DNA of 64,000 bases from Flavobacteriales bacterium (lineage in GTDB: Bacteria; Bacteroidota; Bacteroidia; NS11-12g; UBA955). Where the stretch lies: positions 66,472 through 130,471 of the forward strand of contig NSIM01000001.1 in assembly GCA_002737705.1 (NCBI GenBank). The letters are read 5' to 3'. Positions within the stretch are counted from its first letter, which is position 1. Each line of letters starts with the position of its first letter. A program made the position numbers and the translations under genes. This document shows, in pieces, positions 27,772-37,602 of this stretch. The notes beneath the pieces are model-generated. The model did not search any database, was not told the origin of the DNA, and saw only the letters and a program-made list of their open reading frames with translations.

Positions 27772-30504
27772 ATGAAAAATTTTTTACTATTGGGGGTTAT
27801 TTTATGCTTATTACCCTTAAAAGCGCAACTTGTTGAAGGGGGAAGGAAAATTGTTTCCGATATTCCTCAATTAACCAAAAAATCTGTAGAAAACAGGAGC
27901 GCTTCTAAACCTACAAAATGCGGTGCAGATACGTCGTATTTTCCTTCTGCTGGCACAACAGCATACAACAGTATCACAATTAAAAAAGGGAGTTCTCTGG
28001 GACAATTTTTTGATGCGCCCTCATCAATGACAGTATCGGGGTTTCGTTTTTTTGGTTTTTCGGTTCCCCCAACGCCTGCGCGCTCTTTGAAAATAAACAT
28101 TATTTGTAATTTATACAAGGCAGGTGCCGACTCCTTGCCCAGCGGATCTCCATTGGCCAGCGATACGATCACTGTAGATACTGTTATGGGAAGCACTATA
28201 CCCTTGAGTCGTATTGTGCTCAATGCCGATTTTGGCAAAGCCGTCTCAGTTACAAGCCCCTATATTATTGTAGTTGAATCTGACAGTTCAAGTGCTTTGG
28301 CGGCGGTGGTTTCAAATTCTTGGGCCAACGGTGATGGCAAGAAACGCAACCTATGTGTTGGCTCGGTTAGTGGCAAATGGTATCGGTGCTTGAGTTTGAA
28401 TATTGGTGGTGTTTCGTTCAACAGCCATATGCAGATGTATCCATTTGTAGGTTATAAACTGGGGGCTGATTTTTCCTTCACACAGAATTGTTATGCAAAT
28501 TCAGACACCTTGTACTTTGCGAACCAGAATAAGAAAAACGTGAGTGGAAGCATATTTTACAATTATTATGTATATGCCAATTTTGAGAGGTTTAGCCATC
28601 TGTGGATGTTTGACAACGCCACTTATCTCAACGCCGTGAATGGGAAATTCAAACCCCAATCACGAAAAAACATACCTGTTCGCTTAATTTCAACCCTTTA
28701 CGGATATTCAGGACCTCCGTATTTTGCGAACCGAATTCAATGTGCTGATACGTCGCTACAAACCATTTATTTCAAACCCAGTACTCCCAGTCTATACGAT
28801 TCAGCCAAAGGGTGCATTGGCGATACTGTATCAATCATTGTCACATCGGATGCACAGGCCAAATTGCAATGGTTTGCTAAAATTGGAGATCCAAAGCCCT
28901 TCTTTGAGGGAAATAAATACACTATTTACAATGCTCAAAAAAACGACACATTTTATGTTAAGGCAGTCAACAATACCTGTGAATCGGGTTGGTTAACGGT
29001 GGCATTTTCAGTCAATAATTATCCTACTCAATTTACAATTAAGAATGATTCAATTTGCGCGGGAGCGACAGCCAATTTACAGGCAAGCACAAATTTTGGA
29101 GAATTGTATTGGTATGACCAAGCCATAGGCGGAAATTTGGTGTATACAGGTTCTGTATTGCAAACAGGCAAGCTTAGCAAGGATACCCAATTTTATGTCA
29201 TCGCCAATAATAATGGTTGTTATTTTGCGGGTGGTCCAAAGCGGGTTAAAGCATTTGTTGGATCCAGTTTTGCGCCCAGTGCGCCCAAAGTTCCTTCCGA
29301 TACATTTGTGTGTGCAAGGGGAGGTAACAATACAGTTACCTTAATCGCCAAGCCCAATGGCAATGATACATTGCGGTGGTTTCTCGTCGCCACAGGGGGA
29401 AATCCAGTGGCAATAGGAAATCAGTATACATTCAAAGGGGGTAAACGTGGAGAAGAGTTTGTATATGTTGAGTCTTGGAATGGAATATGCGGAAGTGGCC
29501 GATCGTCAGTTAAAATAAATATACTTGATTTCCCTGAAGTATTTGGTGCACAAGGCGATACAGCGTGCTCGAATGATTCGGTCAGACTCTTTGGATCAAC
29601 ACCCTGGGGGAAATTACATTGGTATTTGAAAAAAACAGATAAAACACCTTTTTACAGTGGCAAAAATCCGGTTATGGGCGGGTTAACGGGTGAACGGTTT
29701 GTCTATTATAAGTCTTCTGAAGGGGCTTGTTTTGCAGGGAGTTTTGATAGTGTTGCGGTCATTGTGAATGAAATTCCCATACCATTATCCACAGATGCAA
29801 TACCTGTATGCTCTAAAGGGCTGGGTAGTATGAAAGTTCTAATCCCTTTTGGCAAAGTATATTGGTATGAAGATACCCTTGCAACAGAACCTTTATATAT
29901 TGGATCTACCTATAATTTGGGCATGGTGTTGAGCACCCGAAAAGTGTATTATCAAACTGAAAACAAAGCATGTTTTGGTAAGCGTACGCTATTGGAACTC
30001 AAGGTAAAACCCCGACCTGCGGCCGGTTTTACTTGGAACTTGTTGTGGCAACACAAACTCAATTGTGTGCCCATTTCTACTGCAGGTCTTAGTTTTGACT
30101 GGGATTGGGGCGATGGAACCAAGAAAACAGGGTTGCCAGGCGTACACCAATACAGTAGTGCAGGACAATACATGGTTCGTTTAGTGGCCACCAGCAATAG
30201 CAATGGATGTAAAGACACGGCCGATATTTCTGTATTGTTAAACCATACCGCTGTCAAAGATATCACCAAGCAACAAATTCGGGCTTATCCAAATCCATCA
30301 ACAATCGGATCAAGTATCCTTTTGCGGGGATTGGGAAATGTGTCTGTAACATGGATTGATGCTTTGGGGCGCATTGTTGACATGGGAAATACCCTAAACG
30401 ATGTGCTCATTGTCCCATTAAAACTTAATCCAGGCTTGTATTATCTTCTGGTTAATGGCAGTTCCCGATATTACCCCATTCCCTTGGTGATTCAAGCGAG
30501 ATAG
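27772..30504 (+). CDS. 910-aa secreted multi-repeat Ig-like/PKD protein with T9SS type-A C-terminal sorting domain
   Basis: Signal peptide. At least 5 ~85-aa repeats with a Cys...L[QYHR]W[YF]...GGN...G..Y pattern. PKD-like block (FDWDWGDGTKKTG...YMVRLVATS). C-terminal IRAYPNPSTIGSSILLRGLG...YYLLVNG Por_Secre_tail-like segment. Confidence 0.7.
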   Translation: MKNFLLLGVILCLLPLKAQLVEGGRKIVSDIPQLTKKSVENRSASKPTKCGADTSYFPSAGTTAYNSITIKKGSSLGQFFDAPSSMTVSGFRFFGFSVPPTPARSLKINIICNLYKAGADSLPSGSPLASDTITVDTVMGSTIPLSRIVLNADFGKAVSVTSPYIIVVESDSSSALAAVVSNSWANGDGKKRNLCVGSVSGKWYRCLSLNIGGVSFNSHMQMYPFVGYKLGADFSFTQNCYANSDTLYFANQNKKNVSGSIFYNYYVYANFERFSHLWMFDNATYLNAVNGKFKPQSRKNIPVRLISTLYGYSGPPYFANRIQCADTSLQTIYFKPSTPSLYDSAKGCIGDTVSIIVTSDAQAKLQWFAKIGDPKPFFEGNKYTIYNAQKNDTFYVKAVNNTCESGWLTVAFSVNNYPTQFTIKNDSICAGATANLQASTNFGELYWYDQAIGGNLVYTGSVLQTGKLSKDTQFYVIANNNGCYFAGGPKRVKAFVGSSFAPSAPKVPSDTFVCARGGNNTVTLIAKPNGNDTLRWFLVATGGNPVAIGNQYTFKGGKRGEEFVYVESWNGICGSGRSSVKINILDFPEVFGAQGDTACSNDSVRLFGSTPWGKLHWYLKKTDKTPFYSGKNPVMGGLTGERFVYYKSSEGACFAGSFDSVAVIVNEIPIPLSTDAIPVCSKGLGSMKVLIPFGKVYWYEDTLATEPLYIGSTYNLGMVLSTRKVYYQTENKACFGKRTLLELKVKPRPAAGFTWNLLWQHKLNCVPISTAGLSFDWDWGDGTKKTGLPGVHQYSSAGQYMVRLVATSNSNGCKDTADISVLLNHTAVKDITKQQIRAYPNPSTIGSSILLRGLGNVSVTWIDALGRIVDMGNTLNDVLIVPLKLNPGLYYLLVNGSSRYYPIPLVIQAR

Positions 30505-30641
30505 TAGGTATAAATAATACCGCGGCAAACTGCAATGACACACAAGTCCTATTCGTCCATACAAACTACTACTGGGTAATTTGCGTTGTAAGGGCTTTTA
30601 TAACCAAGGTGTTTTCTTCTTTCACGCACAAAGGGTATATT

Positions 30642-31697
30642 TTATTCTTTGTAAGGGTCTAGTGCATCGCGAAGTCCCATTGACATTAAATTAAAAGCCA
30701 TTACAAGAATCATAATGGCGATTCCTGGAATCAGTGCCAAATAGCTATTGTCAAGCACCAAATAACCTAAATTTTCTTTCACCATCAAGCCCCAGGAAGG
30801 TGTTGGAGGTGCGACACCCAGTCCCAAGAAGCCCAATCCTGCTTCTAACAATATAGCCGATGCAAAATTGGTTGTTGCCAAAACAGTGAGAGAGCCTTTT
30901 AGGTTTGGCAAAATATGCTTAAGCATGATGCGGGTATGAGAGAATCCCGTGATTTTGGCTGCGAGAACAAATTCGCGTTGTTTAATTTGAAGCGTTTGTC
31001 CGCGAACAACCCGCGCCACTTCTACCCATGTGCTCAATGCGGTTGCAAGCAAAACCTGGTAATATCCCTTGCCCAATAACATGCTGAGGCCCAAGGCAAT
31101 AAGCAATGTGGGTACCGACCAAAACACAGTGATTAGCCAGGATAGGAATACATCAATTTTTCCTCCAAAATACCCTGCAATAATGCCCACTGCAATGCCA
31201 ATAATCAAGGATATAAGCATGGCAAAAAATCCAATGGATAGGCTAATACGAGCACCAATTATCATTCTACTGAGGATATCTCTTCCAAATTGGTCGCTGC
31301 CAAGCCAGAAAGTCCGATTCTGTATTGGTTTGTCTGTAGCGCGTAGTTTTTGATTGCCAAGATTCTGGTTTTTTGTACTTTCTAAGGCTTGTATTTTCGG
31401 CAAATCTGGATTCCCTAAAGCCCAGTATAAATAGGGGGGTGTATTGGCAAAATTTTCTGCATTCATTGGCGCCGATGGGGCTATTGCAGGTTCAAGTACT
31501 TCTTGTGGAACTTGGATTTCATCCCGAAAATACACCGTACTCCCAGGCCCGAGGTTAGACCATTCTGGCACGATTTGGTTGGCATTCGGTGATTTGTCAA
31601 TGGTGATGGAATATCCCAAAACACCCACAACGACGAATACCAGGCAGAGTGAGGCCCCAGACAGAAACAATTTACTTTTTTTGAGTTTCTCGTACAT
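30642..31697 (-). CDS. ABC transporter permease, OppC/DppC type
   Basis: OppC-N-like first TM, BPD_transp_1 EAA-like loop (ALSTWVEVARVVRGQTL), 6 TM helices. ORF track start 31769 would overlap the upstream gene by 98 bp; internal Met chosen. Confidence 0.75.
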   Translation of the reverse strand: MYEKLKKSKLFLSGASLCLVFVVVGVLGYSITIDKSPNANQIVPEWSNLGPGSTVYFRDEIQVPQEVLEPAIAPSAPMNAENFANTPPYLYWALGNPDLPKIQALESTKNQNLGNQKLRATDKPIQNRTFWLGSDQFGRDILSRMIIGARISLSIGFFAMLISLIIGIAVGIIAGYFGGKIDVFLSWLITVFWSVPTLLIALGLSMLLGKGYYQVLLATALSTWVEVARVVRGQTLQIKQREFVLAAKITGFSHTRIMLKHILPNLKGSLTVLATTNFASAILLEAGLGFLGLGVAPPTPSWGLMVKENLGYLVLDNSYLALIPGIAIMILVMAFNLMSMGLRDALDPYKE

Positions 31698-33144
31698 TGT
31701 CGAGGGGTTCTTTATGGTAAATGTCGAGTGCGGCAATGACTGCCGTGAACGTCCACAAAGGAACAGCAATTTTATCGTACTGACTGTAGTTGTTTATGAA
31801 TCCATGCACATAGTAGGTGATCAGTCCCAGCATTGCAATCAAGACTGTGTAACGGACTTTACCGTTTTGGTGCGCATAATAAACCCTAAACCCGATGGCC
31901 AATGTCGAAAGTACGACTCCAAGCCAGGCGATAAGACCAGGAAATCCAATTTCACTCATCGCAGAAAAATATTCGCTGTGTGCATCACCCATATCACCCC
32001 TAAATGTGCTAATAAGTGTGAGTTCATTGCTCTTTTGGAATGGCGAATATTGGAAAACATACGTGCCTGGCCCAAATCCAGACCAAGGGCGTTCTGCCAC
32101 CATTCTTGCAGCGCATTTCCAACGATTAATGCGTTCCATATTGCTTGGATCTGTGCTTACATTGGATGCAGATTTTACATGGCCTTCAATATCATCACTG
32201 CTTCCTTGCTTGTTTCCTTCTAAATCAAACATAATTCTGTCTTGCTCAACGATACCATATAGTGCCGTTAGAAATAACAATAGGGCGATCAACTTAAATC
32301 GAAGACGCAATGTTAGGGCACCAAAAACCAGTAGGGCAATAACCAAGCTTAGCCAGGTTGCGCGGGTATAGCTTACGACAATACCAAATACCAAAATGGT
32401 TAAAAGAAAAATTATTGCTGGTGAAGAGAGTAAGGGAATCCTGAAATGGCGCCCTGCAAAGCTGTATACAACCAAAATGGACACCGCAAATGCAATGGCT
32501 GCTGCATACATACCATGGTCTGGGAAGAAAGGCCATGAAATGCTATAGCTGCTGCTGCGAACAAATCCATCTGCAGCGTGTTTGGATAGGGTAAAAATCA
32601 CCAGTAAAAGTGTTGTAAATGCAAAGGCTTTGAAAAACCAATGCATATTTTTGAAGGAGGAGAAAATACGTAAAGTACAGAAATAGAACAAAACAATGTA
32701 ACAGGTTCGGGCCACCGTAAACTTGAGACTTACCATAGGCATTGTACTGAATAGTGTCGAAATCCACAGCAAGCAGAGGTAAATTAAAAGGCAAATACTG
32801 ATGGGATGAAGGAGTATTGCACGATCAAATTCGGGATGAAGAAGCCAACGAAAAATCACAAATACAAACAGTAGGGTATAGAGAGGTTCAGTGGGGAGTG
32901 AAATTCCAAATCCTCCCCCGATATCATCAAAATTAATGCTCAATGGGGCAAGGGCTCCGAAGAAAAGTAAGCTGCGTTCTGTATAAAAGAAAACCAATAA
33001 AAGTAGACCAAGCACCACGGGGATAAACAAGAGATAATACAATTCAAACAGGGTCGCGAATACTGAAAAAACGACAATGAGTAGAACAGATGCGATAACC
33101 GCAAAACGCGATTGTAGATTGGGTATTGCGTGTGGGTGTAGCAC
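31672..33144 (-). CDS. O-antigen ligase/Wzy-like polymerase family membrane protein
   Basis: About 10 TM helices plus a periplasmic loop with a Wzy_C-like signature (RWKCAARMVAERPWSGFGPGTY...GDMGDAHSEYFSAMSEIGFPGL). Confidence 0.65.
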   Translation of the reverse strand: MLHPHAIPNLQSRFAVIASVLLIVVFSVFATLFELYYLLFIPVVLGLLLLVFFYTERSLLFFGALAPLSINFDDIGGGFGISLPTEPLYTLLFVFVIFRWLLHPEFDRAILLHPISICLLIYLCLLWISTLFSTMPMVSLKFTVARTCYIVLFYFCTLRIFSSFKNMHWFFKAFAFTTLLLVIFTLSKHAADGFVRSSSYSISWPFFPDHGMYAAAIAFAVSILVVYSFAGRHFRIPLLSSPAIIFLLTILVFGIVVSYTRATWLSLVIALLVFGALTLRLRFKLIALLLFLTALYGIVEQDRIMFDLEGNKQGSSDDIEGHVKSASNVSTDPSNMERINRWKCAARMVAERPWSGFGPGTYVFQYSPFQKSNELTLISTFRGDMGDAHSEYFSAMSEIGFPGLIAWLGVVLSTLAIGFRVYYAHQNGKVRYTVLIAMLGLITYYVHGFINNYSQYDKIAVPLWTFTAVIAALDIYHKEPLDNVRETQKK

Positions 33145-33147
33145 AAT

Positions 33148-34215
33148 TTATGCGCCGGGTTGTTTCCGGAAAAGTTCAATCATGACAAGCACCAATGAGG
33201 TAGCCAGCAAGGTAGACAAAACAGAAATTATCATCACAAAACCCCGTTTTGGCCAAAATTTTATTTCGGGATTTGAAGCCGCCTCGATGGTCATTTTATG
33301 CGACATTTGTTCATTCACATCGACAACACGTCTTTCATATTGTGCGATTAAATCACTTTCTTTTTCTTCTTCTAATTTGATTAATTCTTGCAATGCCACA
33401 AAATCTCCGCCACTCCGAACCAGGGTCTTTTGCTGCTCTAAAAGTGAATTCATTTGGGTAGTTTTTCCACTCGATTGTGCTTTATAAATTTCTTCTGCCA
33501 ATGCCCTACTCTGTTCTTCGTAATTGGTAATGCCTTCTTCGCCCAATTTACGCATCTGGTCTTTTGTAATTTGGATTTTGTTGCGCTTGGCCTGCAAAGC
33601 CCGTTCAACAATTTTTAATGCAGGAATTGCAATCTGGTTTTGCACTTCAGTTTTAATAGAATCAAACAAAATCGCCATTCCGTTGGCCAAATCTGCAGCC
33701 ATTTGGGGATTTTCATCGAGCACTTCAATTTTAACACTGAGGTACCTTGTGCGGGTGACACTAAAATTGTCTTTTAATTTATATTGCAATGCCGTTTTCG
33801 GATATTTCTCTGTCTTTGAATTGATATTGTAATGTTTGTACAAATCAAAATTTCTTACCAATCTGCTGGTTAAATCACCTGAGAGTAAAATTTGCATCGC
33901 TTTTTCAGCCTCTTCTTCCTCCCCAAATTCGAGGGGGTCATTTTTACTCTGGTGGATATCAGATAGCAAAGCTTCGGAAATAGAATTGTTTTTGGTGGGG
34001 TAAAATATATGTGTAGCCTGGTATTTTGGCTTGGTAATAAAGGGCATGGTTACAACAAACGCCAGCGCAGCTGCAATGCTACACGAAACAAAGAGAAGTT
34101 TCCGCCAACGCCAGAAAAAATTGATAACATCTATAAGATTGAGAGGTTGTATGGTTTCTTCCGAAATGAGATTTTTTGGCTTATTAATGGGGTTTGATGG
34201 CATCATTTCCTTCAT
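33148..34215 (-). CDS. polysaccharide chain-length determinant (Wzz/GumC N-terminal domain) protein, no kinase domain
   Basis: N-terminal LIDVINFFWRWRKLL + TM (Wzz motif), long coiled-coil periplasmic region, C-terminal TM. No Walker motifs. Confidence 0.6.
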   Translation of the reverse strand: MKEMMPSNPINKPKNLISEETIQPLNLIDVINFFWRWRKLLFVSCSIAAALAFVVTMPFITKPKYQATHIFYPTKNNSISEALLSDIHQSKNDPLEFGEEEEAEKAMQILLSGDLTSRLVRNFDLYKHYNINSKTEKYPKTALQYKLKDNFSVTRTRYLSVKIEVLDENPQMAADLANGMAILFDSIKTEVQNQIAIPALKIVERALQAKRNKIQITKDQMRKLGEEGITNYEEQSRALAEEIYKAQSSGKTTQMNSLLEQQKTLVRSGGDFVALQELIKLEEEKESDLIAQYERRVVDVNEQMSHKMTIEAASNPEIKFWPKRGFVMIISVLSTLLATSLVLVMIELFRKQPGA

Positions 34216-34292
34216 GTTCGAGATTCAAAATTACCTATTCTACGATTGTAAATCGTTAAAATTTTATTTGCTTCAAAAAAAGTTCAATTTGT

Positions 34293-34961
34293 TTAGATAT
34301 CAAAAAATTTGAAGGCAATATCAAAGGCTTTTTTGTCATTTTCATCGTGGTCTTCGGCCATGAAAACATGTTCAACCACAATTTGCTGTCGGTGCAAGGT
34401 TGCCAGTATTGCTTTTACCTTGATACTATTGAGTTTGATATTAATTCGCAACTGCCCATCCGAAGTATGATTAATCATGATTCCGAGTATTTTCGCACCA
34501 TTTTCTTCTATCCATCTTGCCAATATAGAAGGTGCGAAATCGCGGTCGTTCATCAAGAGAACCAAAATGGCACCCATTCCACGATAAGTAAAACTTTCTG
34601 CAATGTGTTTGTTGATATTTTTTTGTTCAATGATACCCAAAAACAATCCCTGGTCATCGACCACAGCCAAAAGAGACAAGTCATTTACGGCCAACATGGG
34701 CACAAGTTCGTATAAATGATTATTGGATCTAGCAGCAGGGGGAAAGGGATTTTTTGCGATCGATTCGTGTAATTTTTGTGTTTTGGGCAAAGTCCCAAGT
34801 TGGGACAATCGTGCATAATTGTATAATTTTTTCTGTTCTACTACCGGTAGTTCAGTAACGCCTTGTTCGATCATGAAGAGCAGGGCGGCTTCTACAGAGT
34901 CGGTTATGCGGAGTGGGCACAAGTGTTCATTTATGAGTTGGGATGCAATCATCGAATACAA
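34293..34961 (-). CDS. CBS-domain pair protein with C-terminal ACT-like domain (AcuB-like)
   Basis: Two CBS-like βαββα units (ITDSVEAALLFMIEQGVTELPVV; LLAVVDDQGLFLGII), C-terminal regulatory-fold segment. Confidence 0.55.
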   Translation of the reverse strand: MYSMIASQLINEHLCPLRITDSVEAALLFMIEQGVTELPVVEQKKLYNYARLSQLGTLPKTQKLHESIAKNPFPPAARSNNHLYELVPMLAVNDLSLLAVVDDQGLFLGIIEQKNINKHIAESFTYRGMGAILVLLMNDRDFAPSILARWIEENGAKILGIMINHTSDGQLRINIKLNSIKVKAILATLHRQQIVVEHVFMAEDHDENDKKAFDIAFKFFDI

Positions 34962-35080
34962 ATATAACGTGACAGGGGTTTATTTGTTTGATTTTTCGGG
35001 TGGGAGTTATTCCAAGGGGATATTTTTTATCGATGTTTTGCCTTGTGTGCGAAAAAAATTGTTCAATTACATTGAATTGT

Positions 35081-35121
35081 CAGATTGTTGAATCACAGTG
35101 AATCACCAGATTGTTGAATCA
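35081..35121. repeat. 15-bp direct repeat CAGATTGTTGAATCA x2 (11-bp spacer) straddling the kdsC stop codon
   Basis: Copies at 35081..35095 and 35107..35121. The second copy encodes the last 5 codons and the stop of kdsC; the first lies just downstream, in the promoter region of the CBS-domain gene. Confidence 0.4.
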
Positions 35122-35627
35122 GAATTATTCCAGGTATTTTGCAATTTCATTACTTTTTCGATGAGTTCGCGTGCACAGCCCATTCCCCCGTTTGAAGTCG
35201 AAATATAATGCGCGATTTCCAGCACTTCTTGGCAGGCATCTGCAGGGCTGCAAGGCAAACCTACTTTTTTCAATACAGGCAGATCTGGGTAGTCATCCCC
35301 CATATATGCGACATCCTTGGCATCCAGATTCCATTTAGAAAGGAGTTCTTCAAAGGCTCCCATTTTGTGGCTTTGCCCCAAATACACATCTGTTATTCCC
35401 AATCCTTGCAGTCGTGCTAAAATACCACTTCCTTTTCCACCCGAAATAATCCCAATACAATACCCTTGTTTAATGGCGTGTTGAAGTGCATATCCGTCTT
35501 TGATATTCATGCTGCGAAGCATATGCCCTTCCTCTGTTATCAAAACTTGACCATTGGTGAGTACACCGTCGATATCGAATACAAAGGCCTTTATTTTTTT
35601 GAACGAGGTGCTTAGATTTTCTGACAT
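35103..35627 (-). CDS. kdsC: 3-deoxy-D-manno-octulosonate 8-phosphate phosphatase (HAD IIIA), KdsC
   Basis: FDIDGVLTNG motif I, GIISGG, YMGDDYPDLP motif IV, ~175 aa. Start set at the internal Met; the upstream part of the ORF overlaps the next gene. Confidence 0.8.
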   Translation of the reverse strand: MSENLSTSFKKIKAFVFDIDGVLTNGQVLITEEGHMLRSMNIKDGYALQHAIKQGYCIGIISGGKGSGILARLQGLGITDVYLGQSHKMGAFEELLSKWNLDAKDVAYMGDDYPDLPVLKKVGLPCSPADACQEVLEIAHYISTSNGGMGCARELIEKVMKLQNTWNNSDSTIW

Positions 35628-35629
35628 GA

Positions 35630-36805
35630 TCAATAGGTGCGGGTCATGTTGGTCGGAATAACAATAACAAAATCGGCGATGTTTATATTTTCTTTTTCTA
35701 AGGGATTCACTGCGTCTTGTAAGCGAGAAGCAATGGTTATTATGTGGATTGGTTTGGGTATTTCTTTGCAAACAATGACCGCATTTCTTGCTTCTTCTTC
35801 CTTGCGCAAATACCACGAAATACTTTCATAGTGGTCGGAATGGTAGGTTCCATTATAGTGTATGAAAATGCCACCACCGACTGTATGTGATTTTTTTTGG
35901 GTGCTGGGTTCAGGCGTTCCATCTCCAAGAAATGTGGCAGTGGCCTTGTTTTTTTTGGATAAGGGGTTTGGTGGTTTAGATGAAGATTCAGATGAAACTT
36001 TTGGAATGCCATCTGTGGGCTGGGGAAGATTTGACCATATTTTCCATGCCATGGTGGCATCTTTGATAGCCTGACTTTTAGGCAAATTTTGTCCACCATG
36101 TCCACCCGTAGCCATAAATATTTCTTTGTAGCAGCGCAGGGAACTGTCGTAGGATATCGGGAGGTTTGGAAATAGTTTTTTCTGATCCAGTGGAAGCGTA
36201 TCTAAGGACTGGAAGTCGCCGCGGTATACCAAATTTGCATATTTTCGGGGAATGTTGGTGGCAATAAATGGCAGGCCATTTTCCTTGGCAAAATTCAATA
36301 ATGGGGCGTAATCAGTTTTATAATTTGGCCACAATTTTATGGATTTTTTCAATGCGGTATAGGCAGGATCGTCTCCAGTCATGGCTCCCATGGGACTCAT
36401 TATTTTTTCGGCAGCTTGGTTTGAGTCGCTAGGATTTAGGTATTCATCCAACGCCATTTGCTGGTTTGTTTCGAACATTTCAGCGCCCAAAACCATGTTG
36501 TTGTTGCTGCGGTACAAATCAGAACTCATTTGAATTTGAAGCCAGTGAACAATCGGATTGTCGTGTAATTCGCCAAACAACAAAACGGTACTGGTCTCTG
36601 AATGGGCTTTAATTTTTGCTTTCAAAGATTTGAGAAATTGGGCGTAGGAAATTTTTTTACCCTTGGCATTGTATAGTTCAAATGCACTGATATTTTTTGC
36701 AGAAACAGGGGAAGATATTGTTTTTTCATCCTGTAACGATTGTGCATGTACTTCCGAAAAAAAAAGATACAACAAAGCGCCACACATTTTTGGTATTGAG
36801 AGCAT
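35630..36805 (-). CDS. ChaN-family (haem-binding / Tiki-TraB-GumN superfamily) exported protein
   Basis: Signal peptide, then LLFGELHDNPIVHWLQ... ChaN-like motif with conserved acidic/His residues. Start ambiguous (36928, 36805 or 36787). Confidence 0.6.
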   Translation of the reverse strand: MLSIPKMCGALLYLFFSEVHAQSLQDEKTISSPVSAKNISAFELYNAKGKKISYAQFLKSLKAKIKAHSETSTVLLFGELHDNPIVHWLQIQMSSDLYRSNNNMVLGAEMFETNQQMALDEYLNPSDSNQAAEKIMSPMGAMTGDDPAYTALKKSIKLWPNYKTDYAPLLNFAKENGLPFIATNIPRKYANLVYRGDFQSLDTLPLDQKKLFPNLPISYDSSLRCYKEIFMATGGHGGQNLPKSQAIKDATMAWKIWSNLPQPTDGIPKVSSESSSKPPNPLSKKNKATATFLGDGTPEPSTQKKSHTVGGGIFIHYNGTYHSDHYESISWYLRKEEEARNAVIVCKEIPKPIHIITIASRLQDAVNPLEKENINIADFVIVIPTNMTRTY

Positions 36806-37232
36806 TCGGCAAATATAGGGTAGATTTTCTGGCGCAATATGGGGATGATTTTTAGAACGGAAGCGATTTGTCAGGATAGACGATTTTCCGAACAGGTTTT
36901 TTGTTTTAATACCTTCGGTAAGTTGCAATCCACCCTTTTACTTTTATTTCTTCAATCCGGATTAAGCGGTGCAATCTTTTTTGAAGGGGCTAATTTTTTT
37001 TCAGAAATGCCCCCCAAGTATGTTGCTGCCTTTTATCGAGATTGATATCGGATCATTCCATTTTTTTGGGAAGATCCATTTCCAAGTATTGTTTGATACA
37101 TAAAAATCAAAATATATAGTTGAATCAAAATGATGCTTAATACAACTCAAAATAGTAATTCAGAAGCACCAAGCTTTTGGCCCAACAACTGGGGAGTATT
37201 ACAAACAGCACCTTCCAAATAAATAAAAAATA

Positions 37233-37448
37233 TTGAAAACAAACAAAATGAAAACTCCATCTATTTCAACTATAAAAATAGCAGTTGTATTGTTACTACT
37301 TTTTTCAACCGTGTCTTTATTTGCGCAACATACACCCAAAAAAACAAAAGCATCTATGAAATCTGGTGGTTCAATATCGGCAAGTTATCATGCTGGATCT
37401 GAATCTGCATTTTTAAATTTCGGAGGTCCAGGAGTAGGGCTCGACTAA
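37233..37448 (+). CDS. small exported hypothetical protein (71 aa)
   Basis: Signal peptide KIAVVLLLLFSTVSLFAQ followed by a ~40-aa Ser/Gly-rich β-strand-like tail. Ends at TAA 37446, with the same frame reopening immediately after. Confidence 0.3.
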   Translation: MKTNKMKTPSISTIKIAVVLLLLFSTVSLFAQHTPKKTKASMKSGGSISASYHAGSESAFLNFGGPGVGLD

Positions 37449-37602
37449 GGAAAATTTGGAATTTCTTATCACATGTTTCCATCGTTAAGATATTTTCATG
37501 GTGATCAGGATGAAACAAACCCATATAGAGTCAAAACTAAAATAACACCAATGCATCTTTTTTACCATGGTGGTTTCAGGTTACGAAAGAAAATATTTAC
37601 AA

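Noticed and set aside
31444-32223. 259-aa + strand ORF spanning the permease/ligase genes
   Set aside because: It is antisense to two well-supported membrane-protein genes. It is Cys/Arg-rich and looks like junk translation.
36929-37232. GGGGC...GCCCC stem (5 bp, 18-nt loop) and a C6 run in the chaN/small-ORF divergent region, considered as a structured RNA
   Set aside because: The stem is short with a large loop, and no conserved RNA motif was recognised. It is more likely promoter DNA.
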